From the IMG/VR virus record IMGVR_UViG_3300025909_000005: a stretch of 64,000 nt of DNA; one strand, written 5' to 3'. Source of the DNA: a virus. Taxonomy: Duplodnaviria > Caudoviricetes. Shown piece after piece: positions 34,921-45,200 of the stretch (positions within the stretch are counted from its first letter, which is position 1; each line of letters opens with the position of its first letter). The notes beneath the pieces are model-generated. The model was not told the origin of the DNA and ran no database searches. It saw only the letters and a program-made list of their open reading frames with translations. A program made the position numbers and the translations under genes.

Positions 34921-37900
34921 TCAGGCCACAATGATTTGAAGCGTGGTTGGGGAAGCGAAAGAGAACTGGTAGGTGTAAGAGCCTGCAAGTTTCTGAGCGC
35001 CCACCTGCAGAGGAACGGTTTGGACAGGCAGCAGCACAGAGAAAGTAGGTGTGGACTGTGGCGCCACTGTGAACACGACCTGGAAGATGCGCGCCGGCAG
35101 TGTAACGTCAATTGTGGTTGGTGCAGACTGAATGAACGAGATGGAGGTAGACTCCGTCTGCGAGTCAAGGCCGCCAGTGTCGTAGCCAGCTGTGCCAAAC
35201 GTGTTACCGTTGTCTACAGACAGAAGCACCATCGAATCCGTGATCGAGGTGGCAACTGGTGTCGATGGACGATCGACGATGTCAAACGCGGAACCCTGCT
35301 CTGGGAAGCCGAAGTTCTGTGCCGTCAAGACGGTGTCTGCGTCCAGCGCAGCCAAGAAGTCTGGCAGGGTCGTCTGTGACAGGCTGCCGTTCACCAGGAA
35401 GTCACCAAGCAGGTCACGCAGGTCCGCGAGACGAGCTGAATCAGTTGGTGAAGGCGATGGCAGGGCCATGAGCTCCTGCGCCTCCAAGAAGTAGGCAGTC
35501 AGCGGCTGACCAAGGTCGTAGAAGCCGTTTGTCGTTTCGTTGTCGTACGGCAGGTTGTCGTAGCCGGCCAGGAAACCTGTGAATGGCCCGTCAACGATCG
35601 TGGTGTTGAAGGAGTCAACGAGGGTCTGGTTGATCGACCACTCGGTCGTGTCGACAACCGAGATGTTGGCATCATCCTCGAACATGTGGTCTTCAGCGAG
35701 TGGGCCACCATCGATAAGAAAGCGCAGGCTTTCGGCGATGCGAACTCGTGTGAGTTCGTTCCAGCTGTTGTCGATCGTGACAAGGTTGACCTGTGCGTTG
35801 AGCGGCAGGTACTTCGTGAAGAAGGCTTCGTCCCACTCAAACTCGATTGGCCAGTTGACGTTCGTGGCATCTGTCTGCTGGAGCTTGCCGATTGTCTCGC
35901 CACTTGCTGCCGTCGTGAAGACGTGTAGGGTGGTAGGGTCAGAGTACTCAGCGATGGATGTAACGCTGTCGTAGCGACCATCTGTCATTGGCAGCCAACC
36001 GTTCAGGATGGCGGTCTCTGGACTCGTGTTTGAAAGTGGAATGTCGCTGTTCGTGCTCGTCGAGATGAAGCGCGGGTCGATGTTGATCAGGTCAAGTGGT
36101 GACGTGTCAGCGGTGCTGGTCGTAATCGAGATGAGTGCGCGACCATCCTCAGACTTCTCCACAACTACCAGGTCACCCGCATCTGGCAGGCGTGGTGGCA
36201 GCGCTGGATTCAGAATGACCATGTCGGCTGAGTTCCACAGCTGGTAGCCGTGGTCAATGACCCTGAGGTGGACGACGTCCTCAGTCAGACCAGTCGACGT
36301 GGCGCTCAGGTACTTGTCGTTGAAGGTGCCGGTCGCTGGCATGAAGCCTGTCACGTTGATGTCAGAGCGCTGAACGAGGTAGCCACTCGAGGTCTTGGTG
36401 AACGTGTAGATCAGGGAGGGGCAGTCCTCACGGATCGTGTACGTCAGAGGCAGGTCTGTGCGAAGTGAGTTCGTCGTGTCAAAGAGCTGGCCAACTGGAG
36501 CGTTCAGCTTGAAGCCGATCTTGTCGTTCCAGTAGTACTCGCCAATGGTTGCTGGCTTCGTCCAGCCCGTGACAGAGCCGTGCACGAGGTACGATGGCTT
36601 CTTGTCAAACGTGTTGAACGTGAAGGTGTCGCCTGCAAAGATGCCGCCGTTTGGTACGATCGTGAAGTGAACGTAGTCGTTCTTGTACGAGAGACCCTCA
36701 GCGGCAATCAAGCCAGGAGTTGGAATCGTGTTGCCTGAGCTGTAGAAGCCCTTGTCGTTTGAGACGGTGTACGACGTGGTCGTGTCGAACTTGACAGTCC
36801 ACTTGGCTTCAGGCGCCTTGAAGAAGTCGTCGCTGTGCATGATCAGGCGCGGCAGACGGGCCGCAACGAGACCAACAGGGCGCTCAACAAGGGTGGGCAG
36901 TGGGTTGACAACCTGGAACGAGAAGACATCGCCACCTTCAACGCGAGGGTAGGTCGTGTCAGCAGCAGTTACGGCGATGAATGGCTTTGAACCTGCTGGA
37001 AGGTCAAAGCTGATGCCGTACGTGGAAGACGAGAACGACTCACCAACGTTGACGTTGCCAATGTGGTGCGAGGTCAGGAAGTTGTCGTCAGAGTAGTCGA
37101 CACTGAACGTCGTGGAGAGGTAGAGCTCCAACTCAGGAGCACCATAACGAGCTGCTGCATTCGAGGCAGGATCTGGTGACACGCCAGACGTAGCGTCGTC
37201 AAGGTCAACGAAGTCGCTAGAAGTGCCGTCCTTCTTGGTTGTGATGAGAGACGTGCTTGGCAGCGCACGGACGCGGAAGTAACGTCCGTCTTGGACTGCC
37301 TGCGTCAGTGTGAGGTTCAGCTGGGTGAGGTCATAGTCCGTGAAGCGGCCGTCATACGCGAAGTTGATCTTCGTCGTGCCGTCGGCATACGTGAGGTGAT
37401 CGTTGTCGTAGGCATCCAGGTCGTAGCCGTAGCCGAGGTCCAGGTTTTGCACTTCAGCTGGGATGTTCGCGATGCTGAAGTAGAACTTGTCACCTGCCTG
37501 GAATGGACCGACGAGGGTGAAGCCGAGCTTACCGTCGTTGAATGGAACGCCGACCTCTGCCACGCTGTAGTAGGTCGGCCCAACAACTGAGAAGTGCGTG
37601 GAATCCGTTGCAGTCATGACGAAGTCACCGATCAGGGTCTGATCGAGAAGGTCAATGTTGCCGACGGTGCCAGAGGAATCTTGAATGTGGCCGTAGTGCG
37701 AGGAGCCGTAGAACGGACGATCATGGGCAATTGGGTTGACCTTGATGATGTTCCACTGTTCGCGCAGCGCAGAGGTGCCGATCGTGATCTTGTTGTACGG
37801 CGTGAGCGCCAGCTTCTGGCCCACTGGAGGAGTGGCGAGCGACGTCAGCGTAAATGAAACGCGCGGCGAGGTGTACGTGCCTGGCGTAACGAAGGCCAAG

Positions 37901-38892
37901 AAGCCCGTCATAGAGCCGGCCAGCGTGTACGTCAGGGAGTCGGGATCAAGAACGGTGAGAGTGAACTCCTCAGCGTCAGAGCCACCACCCGTGATGTCTG
38001 TGACAGACGTGTAGGCGTCGGCAACGTCCTTGAAGACGAGCGCACCAGACTCGTAGATCTCCATGTCGCTGAAGTGGCGCAGGGCCAGCGAGGAGGTCAG
38101 CAGCTCAATCTTCTCCTGAACGCCATCACGTGCCTGCACGATGTCAGGGTTTGCAGAGGCGCCCATCCAGGCCAAGAGAGCTTCGTAGCTGGTTGGCAGG
38201 TCAGGAATTGCGATGATAGCGAACAAAGCATCGAGCTCTCGCTGTACGTCTGCATCACCGCCAACGTCAGTCACCACCGTTTGGATGTCGTTCAGGATCT
38301 TCGTGATCTGGCTGATCGCGCTCAGGGGGTTGGTCGTATCGAGCGCAGCGGCTCGTGCAATGTTCGTGGCCTCGGTGATGATGCCATCCTCGTTGGACGG
38401 GATCCACAGAGGATCAAATGGGCTTGACGAGTTGCCGGTGCCTGAGTACGTCTGCTTGATCTGAAACTGGAACGAGCCGTGGCTCTGGAAGAAGTCAACC
38501 GATTCCGTCTGCGGCTCGAGCAGACCAGCCTTCTTCACGAAGACCTGGTTCACGCCAATGGCGTCGAAGCTCTTCTTGGAGTAGACGTATGGGACCGTTG
38601 GCAGGTCGGTGTTCTCGTCCTGTCCCACCGTGAAGGTTCGAGTACGCATGAACGGCGACTGAACGCGGTGTGCAGGGAACGAACGATACAGCGGGTTCGC
38701 GCCAGAGAAGTAGTTGAAGGTCCAGGCAGGGCTGATCTTTGTCTTGATCAGCAGCTTCTCTGTGATCTTGACGTTGACGTCCTCAAAGAACTGGTACTCC
38801 TCAACGATCTCCGTCAACTTGGAGTGGTACGGCTTCGTGTCGTTGATGTAGTCAACAAGACTCTGGACGTAGAGGCTGTTCTTATTTGTCAT
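34921..38892 (-). CDS. Large baseplate/tail structural protein
   Basis: 1323 aa, beta-rich with FxxGDxF repeats, inside the baseplate operon. Confidence 0.75.
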   Translation of the reverse strand: MTNKNSLYVQSLVDYINDTKPYHSKLTEIVEEYQFFEDVNVKITEKLLIKTKISPAWTFNYFSGANPLYRSFPAHRVQSPFMRTRTFTVGQDENTDLPTVPYVYSKKSFDAIGVNQVFVKKAGLLEPQTESVDFFQSHGSFQFQIKQTYSGTGNSSSPFDPLWIPSNEDGIITEATNIARAAALDTTNPLSAISQITKILNDIQTVVTDVGGDADVQRELDALFAIIAIPDLPTSYEALLAWMGASANPDIVQARDGVQEKIELLTSSLALRHFSDMEIYESGALVFKDVADAYTSVTDITGGGSDAEEFTLTVLDPDSLTYTLAGSMTGFLAFVTPGTYTSPRVSFTLTSLATPPVGQKLALTPYNKITIGTSALREQWNIIKVNPIAHDRPFYGSSHYGHIQDSSGTVGNIDLLDQTLIGDFVMTATDSTHFSVVGPTYYSVAEVGVPFNDGKLGFTLVGPFQAGDKFYFSIANIPAEVQNLDLGYGYDLDAYDNDHLTYADGTTKINFAYDGRFTDYDLTQLNLTLTQAVQDGRYFRVRALPSTSLITTKKDGTSSDFVDLDDATSGVSPDPASNAAARYGAPELELYLSTTFSVDYSDDNFLTSHHIGNVNVGESFSSSTYGISFDLPAGSKPFIAVTAADTTYPRVEGGDVFSFQVVNPLPTLVERPVGLVAARLPRLIMHSDDFFKAPEAKWTVKFDTTTSYTVSNDKGFYSSGNTIPTPGLIAAEGLSYKNDYVHFTIVPNGGIFAGDTFTFNTFDKKPSYLVHGSVTGWTKPATIGEYYWNDKIGFKLNAPVGQLFDTTNSLRTDLPLTYTIREDCPSLIYTFTKTSSGYLVQRSDINVTGFMPATGTFNDKYLSATSTGLTEDVVHLRVIDHGYQLWNSADMVILNPALPPRLPDAGDLVVVEKSEDGRALISITTSTADTSPLDLINIDPRFISTSTNSDIPLSNTSPETAILNGWLPMTDGRYDSVTSIAEYSDPTTLHVFTTAASGETIGKLQQTDATNVNWPIEFEWDEAFFTKYLPLNAQVNLVTIDNSWNELTRVRIAESLRFLIDGGPLAEDHMFEDDANISVVDTTEWSINQTLVDSFNTTIVDGPFTGFLAGYDNLPYDNETTNGFYDLGQPLTAYFLEAQELMALPSPSPTDSARLADLRDLLGDFLVNGSLSQTTLPDFLAALDADTVLTAQNFGFPEQGSAFDIVDRPSTPVATSITDSMVLLSVDNGNTFGTAGYDTGGLDSQTESTSISFIQSAPTTIDVTLPARIFQVVFTVAPQSTPTFSVLLPVQTVPLQVGAQKLAGSYTYQFSFASPTTLQIIVA

Positions 38893-39226
38893 TCTTTGCT
38901 AGTTTCGCGAGCACGTCATTGTGCTTCTGGATGGCGCGCTCCACAACCTTCAGGTCGTCCTCAAGCTTCATGGCGCGAAGCGTGTTCTTGGTGGTGTCCT
39001 TCTTTGCAAGCAGGGCCAGCTCTGACTTGATGGCCTTCTGGCGGGTCAGCAGAGGAGCAAGCGCCTTGTTCTCGCGATTGGTTACCTTGGCCGCGTGCGT
39101 TGCACGGAACCGGACCTCATCGTCCTTCATGACCTTGTAGCTGTGGCCAAGAGCCGCAGCGCCGAGCACGGTTGCTGCGAGAGTGCTGGCAAACTTGCCT
39201 TCTTCCAGGAGTTCGTTAACTTTCAT
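38882..39226 (-). CDS. Putative head-packaged protein (MKVNELLEE|G) with a hydrophobic segment
   Basis: Family leader followed by STLAATVLGAAALG. Confidence 0.6.
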   Translation of the reverse strand: MKVNELLEEGKFASTLAATVLGAAALGHSYKVMKDDEVRFRATHAAKVTNRENKALAPLLTRQKAIKSELALLAKKDTTKNTLRAMKLEDDLKVVERAIQKHNDVLAKLAKNDK

Positions 39227-39229
39227 GTC

Positions 39230-42200
39230 TTACTCGTATGTGGCTGCAGCCGTTCCAGATTGGACAACCTTGATCGAGTAAGCAGACAGACGTGATGTCT
39301 TGAAGAGATCCGTCAGCTCGTAGTTCGAGGCGACGATGTCATTCAAGGCTGCGAAGAAGATCTCATTCACCTGCGCCACCTTTGCCTGAGTCCAGATCTT
39401 GGTCATCATGTTGCGTGCTGCCACAGGATCCGCGAACCACGTGTCGCTCTGGTCAAAGTCCAGGAACGAGATGTAATCAGGAACTGGTGAGGCACCACTC
39501 GTATCTACCAAGCTGGTATTTAGGATGGTGTAGGTAATGGAAGAAATGAGCAGATCCTGTGGAGCAAGGGTTTGCTCTGGGCCGAAGCCGAACTGGGTCC
39601 GAGTTCCATTCCGTTCATCGTACAGGGAACGCGCGATTGCAGGCACCGAGTTTCCAGCGATGTCTCGACCAGCCACCGAGTCGGTGAGCTTCTGCCACAG
39701 CGCCTCGGGGATCAAGGTCTTCTGGCCTGGACGGATGAGCGTCCATTCCGTGTGCACGTTCTTGAGGTTCCACTCCTCTGGGTCATCGCGCAGCGTGAAG
39801 TTGCGGGTGAAGCGGAGCTTGAACGTGTCGTCCTTGGTGACCACGTAGGAGAGGCCAGCAATCGTGATGGCGTCGTAGACGTGCGTGACCGGGTCCATGT
39901 TCTGGAACGTCAGGAAATTGTCTGGACCGTCACGCAGTTCCTGGACAATCGACTGCACCGAGAGCGCCTTACCACGAGCTGCTGTCGACTTGTTCGAGAC
40001 CCAGAAGTAGTAGAGCGTCGACGAGAACGTGCCATCAGCGTCGCGAACAGGTAGCGAGACGTACTCGTAGTCCTGCTTGTACTGCGTCTGAACTGCGAGG
40101 TTGTCCTTGACATCTGGATCGAAGGCAAGTTCAGCAACCGTCGGCTGGTACTTGCGCGTGATGACGACGACCTGGGAACCAGCTGGAACGGAGTTCACCG
40201 TCAGGAGCTTGCCGCTGATCGTGTACGAGGCCTTGAGCTGTGCCACGCCGTTGATGTAGACCGAGGTGGAGGTCGAGTCGAAGTTCACGTCGTTGGTGAA
40301 CGTGCAGCCTGCACCGTCTGCCACAACTGTGTAGGAGATGTCGTCGTCCAGCTTCGGGTACGTGCGCTTCTTGTCAAGCAGCACAGACCAGTCGGTCCAC
40401 GTCGTGCTGTAACGGTCAACGATAGTGCCGTCGTTCAAGGTCAGAGGCGCCTTGGAGTAGGCGATGGCGTCCTGCACCTGGACAAGGCTGCCAGGAATTT
40501 CAACGTAGTCACCGACATACGGCTTCCAGGATGAGGTTGGATAGGTGCCGTCCGCGTCAAGCTCGGCCTGAGTTGGGACAGTCCAAGCACGCCAGCCGTA
40601 GAAGGTGCCAGGATCCGCACTGTCATTCGACAGAGGGCTCGTCACGCCTGCTGGGTTTGGAACAACCGCCTGGATCGTCACCGAGTTTCGTGCGTAGAGG
40701 TTTGCAGCCAGGCCGTTCACGATTGCGTCGCGAAGGTCAGTCACGTTGTAGGTACCGTCTGCCGCGATAGTCACCGTGATCAAGATGCCAAAGGCCGGCA
40801 GTTCGACCAGAATCTTCTCACCAGCCGTGTAGGTGACCTGAGCTGGAGTCGTCGTGAGGTCAGTCGAGGTAGTCGTCGTTGCGAAGTCGGTTGAGCCGTC
40901 CTCGAGTTGGGCCTTGATACCAACGGTCGTGTAGTACGAGGTCGTGACGCCGTCTGCGTCCAGGATTGGAGCCTGATCGTAGGTCGGGTAGAACGCAAGC
41001 TGACCGGTCAGGAGGTTCGTGTTGGACACGGCCACCGAGATGTTCGAGGCGATGCCGACGTTCGTCACGTCAGCAAACGTTCCACCATTCTGATCAACTA
41101 GGACCTTCGAGAACACGTCACCGACGATGTACTCGCTCATTGGCTTTGGAATGGCGTTGAAGACGTTCCAGGCACCGATGCGCATGCCGCTCGTGATGCC
41201 GATGGTGGCGAAGTCGCTGGCACCCAGAGAGACCGTCGTGCCACTGTCGTCAAACCACAGGCGACCTGCAGCTTCAAGAGTGTGGCCGCCGTTGAACGGT
41301 GGAGTCTCCTCGAAGTCGATGTTCAGTGGAACAGGTGAGTACGACCAGGCAACTGGACGCAGGCTCCAGACGCGTTCACGTTGGTACGTCTGCTGGTTGG
41401 CAACGGTGCCGGCGGCCTTCGTGTTCGGGTCCAGCGAGGCGTCACCTGCCTGGGTTGCAGCGAGGGCGTTGTACTCAGACGGTGGAACGGTCGACTCAAC
41501 CCACTCGTAGACGTCGATCGAGGCGTAGTCAGCGAGGGCACCCCAACGAGACAGTCGATCGGCAATCTCTGGGTAGATCACGTAGTCGTAGTACGGAACG
41601 TAGGCGAGGTTGCGCGTGTCAAACCAAACGCGACCGACTTCATTCGCACCCCATGGGCGTAGCGGGTCATACGAGTTGTTGTTCACGACCTGGGTCGAGA
41701 AGTTGTACTTCGCAGGGTTCAGGTTCGACGTAATGTTGATGCACTCGAGCGCCGCCGGCGTGTGCTGCCCAGTTGCTGGGTGCCAGATTGGAATCTCGGC
41801 AACGAGCTCCTCATCGACGTAGTTGAACAGCTTGACTGGGTTGAAGCGAGGACGGGCTGGACCGTAGCCAACGATCAGAGCTGGGAAGGTCGCTGAGCTG
41901 TCGATCGTCACAGTCGTGGCGTTGTTGACCGTCACGCCCGCTGGGTAGGTCAGCTGGTCAGCAATGAACGGCAGCGTGATGGTGCCTGGACCTACTGCGG
42001 CGAACGTTCCAACGACCTCAGCTGCGAAGCCAGTGCTTGGCTGGTTCAGGTCATCGTACGAGAACCAACGGTTCTCGTCGTAGTTACGAATCGTCGTGAA
42101 GGCGGGTGCGAGCGTGTCGTTGTCGAACTGGAGCTGCGTGAACTGTGTCACGGTGTCGTTAACCGACAGCTTCAGCTCAGGGAATGACTTCTGACGAGCG

Positions 42201-45200
42201 TCACCGTACTGAGCGACCTTGTAGGCCCAGTACTCGTCGATCTTCGCGTCGTCGAAGCGGTCGTTGTTCAGGTACGCGTCGATGGACATGTTCGTGCCCT
42301 TCGACTGGATCAGACCACGCCAGAAGTTGAACTGCGTCTTCTCCGAGATGTCGAGGTTGTCGAAGTACGACTTCGTGTTGAAGCCGAGGAGAGCAAGGGC
42401 GTGACGCGACGTCGTCTCATTCTCAAACGCCTTGTTCGCGTCGTAGAAGTTGCCGAAGTTGTCAGCGCTGGCCTGCATGTTCTGCTTGACCTCGTTGCCG
42501 ACCAAGAAGTGGCCGCCAAACTCTGGACGCAGCGTGTTCGTGGCCTGCTTGCGGCCGTGGAACTTGTACGTCACGACGCGAGAACCTGAGAAGGCGTCAT
42601 AGAGCAGGCCAGAGCTGGTCGATGGTTGTGCGTAGTCAGCGAAGATGAAGACGTGTTCGAACTCATCCACCTGCACGTGAGCCGAGAAGATTGGGCCCGC
42701 TGCACCAACCGAGGATTCCTGGTTGCCACGCAGCACCTTGAGGTCGTCCTTCTTGTACTTGACGCCAAGCACGTCGAAGATTCCCGGGTGACCAGACACG
42801 TCAAACAGCGGGCTGTCTACGAACTCAGACATCAGGCCCGTCTCCTGACCGAACCAGACGCGGTCCATGAAGGAGTTCACAACGTGGCCTTGACCGAGAG
42901 TGATGCCTGCGTAGCAGCGGTCAACAAACTTCTCAATCTCAAGCTGGAAGGTGCGGGTCCGACCAGTCTCGTCATCGATGTTGTAGTCACCCATCTTGTT
43001 GAACTCCCAACCCTGGTCTTCGAGGTAGGCCTCGTAACCGAACAGGAAGTTCACGACGTTCTGGATACCGGTGATCGTGAGCGGTAGGTTCGTGTGAACT
43101 GTGCCGGTCTTGACGGTTGGGTGGAGCCAGGCCAGTGAAGTGTGGGCCTTGCCCAGCGCGTAGAAGTCAACTGGATCGGTGGCCGTCGACATCGAGTAGT
43201 ACGTGATACCGAGGTGGCGTGGGTTGTAACCTTCCACGCGAAAGATCCAATCAGAGCCATCTGTTGGAGGAACGAACGTGCCGTCCGGACCAGCGCTCGT
43301 CTGACCGAACTGGGTTACCGAGATGCGGAGGCCCTGCAGCCACTCGTTGCGGGCAATCGGGTTCTTCTTGAAGATGAGCTCGTAGGCCGACTTCGAGAGG
43401 GTGTAGGAGTCGGTGAAGATCTCAAGGTCGTCAGTTGCCACGAGACCACCAGCACGGTAGCCCATGTTGACGTCCCACTCACGGAACGCTGCAACTGCGA
43501 AGCTCGAGGTCGTGTCGATCGAGACCTCACGCAGGGCGTGCGTGAACGTCTGACCGAAACCGAGGTAGCGGTACGTGGTGATTGGCACGAAGGTGGCAAC
43601 ACCGTTAGAGATCTCGAAGCGGTCACCCATGCGGAACGGCTGACCTTCGTCTTCAATCGTGAACGTGACGCCGCCTAGAGTTGCAGCCACACCGTTTTGA
43701 GCGTAGCCGATAGTGACACCGTTCTGAGTCACCGTGAAGTTCTGCTTGTGGTCGTCATCGTACGCGGTGTACGTGGCAACGATCGAGTCAGTTCCAGTGA
43801 CAGGCATGGTTGAGCGGCTGATCAGGCTAATCGCATCGCCGTGCAGGCGGAAGCGCTTGTGACCTGGCATGTTCATGTCGAAGCCGTCGTACAGGATACC
43901 GTCAGCCTCTACCCAGTTGAAGCCCCAGCAGAAGCCGAGGAACGCTAGTGGGTCAAAGCGGAACAGCGCGCGTGCCAGAGAGTAGCCATACTCGAGCGAC
44001 GTCTTCCAGGTCGTCTCAATTGGAGACGACTGGCCGTAGGAGTAACCAAGAGACGCGCCGATTGGAATGAAGTTCGTCAGCGCGTTGCCTGCATTTCCAG
44101 ACGATGGTCGAACGTACGGTGGCAAGAGACCATCGTTGGCCACGTCAACGCTGAGCTTCAGGCTTGGGTGTGCAGCTTGAACGTCGGCCCACAGTTGGCT
44201 CGACCAGATACGGGCCTGCTTGAAGATGACTGGATCGGTTGGGCCAGCAGTTGCAGTGAGCACCCACTTCGAACCCTTCCAAAGGGCGCCAGACGAGACA
44301 GTGACTACGAGCTTCTCAACGAGTGGTGTCAGGTTGCGGGTCCAGCCACCACTGTTCGCTGCCCAAATGCCGTTGTTCTCAGGAGACATCTCGTTCTGCA
44401 GGAGAACGAGGTCACCAGACACGAGCTGCACGCCGTCAATCACAGGCAGGCCGCTCAGCATGGTGATGCCAGCGTCGGTCTTCACGACTCGAACTGTTGG
44501 ACCCGTGATGTACGTTGCGTCGATCTGATCAAGGCGAATGTATGGAGTGTAGGCCGCCTGGGTGCCAGACGACAAGGAAGACCACCATGAATCATGATCA
44601 GCAAAGCCGAACAGCTTCCACGGTTCCATGTCTGGCCGCGGTGTTGGAATGACACCAGCCACCGTGGCTTGGTGTGCCATGAGGTAGTTGAACCAGCGGG
44701 CAGGAGTCGAGGACGTGTTGATTGGAACTGGACTCGTCAGCTGTGAGTAGTTCCACGTGAACGCGTTGCCAGCGTTGTAGTCAGGCGCCAGTGGGTCAAG
44801 ACCGTTCGTGGCACCAAACGAGAAGAGCTCAGCCTCAACCTCTGCCTGGAAGGCAGCGTTGCCCTCAAGCTGGCTGAAGTCAAACTTGCGGGCGTTAGGA
44901 TTGATGCCGTCGAAGAGCTTCTCCTCAACGCGAAGCATGAGCGAGTTCAGCACGTCAGCGAGGTTCGTCGCAACCCAAGGCGCGTTGATGTTCGAGACAG
45001 TGGACCAGGTGGTGCCAGTCCAGGTGAAGAGTGTCGCCGTGCTGCGCTGCAGCCAGTAGTCACCAACCGCAGGGCTCGTAGGTGCGTTCTTGTCCGACAC
45101 CACGTTGTAGGCGTACATGATGTCGCCTGGTGGGATCCACAGCTGGCCCTTGTACGGCAAAGCAGGAGGAGTGTTCGTGAACGAACCGACGGCACCAGTG

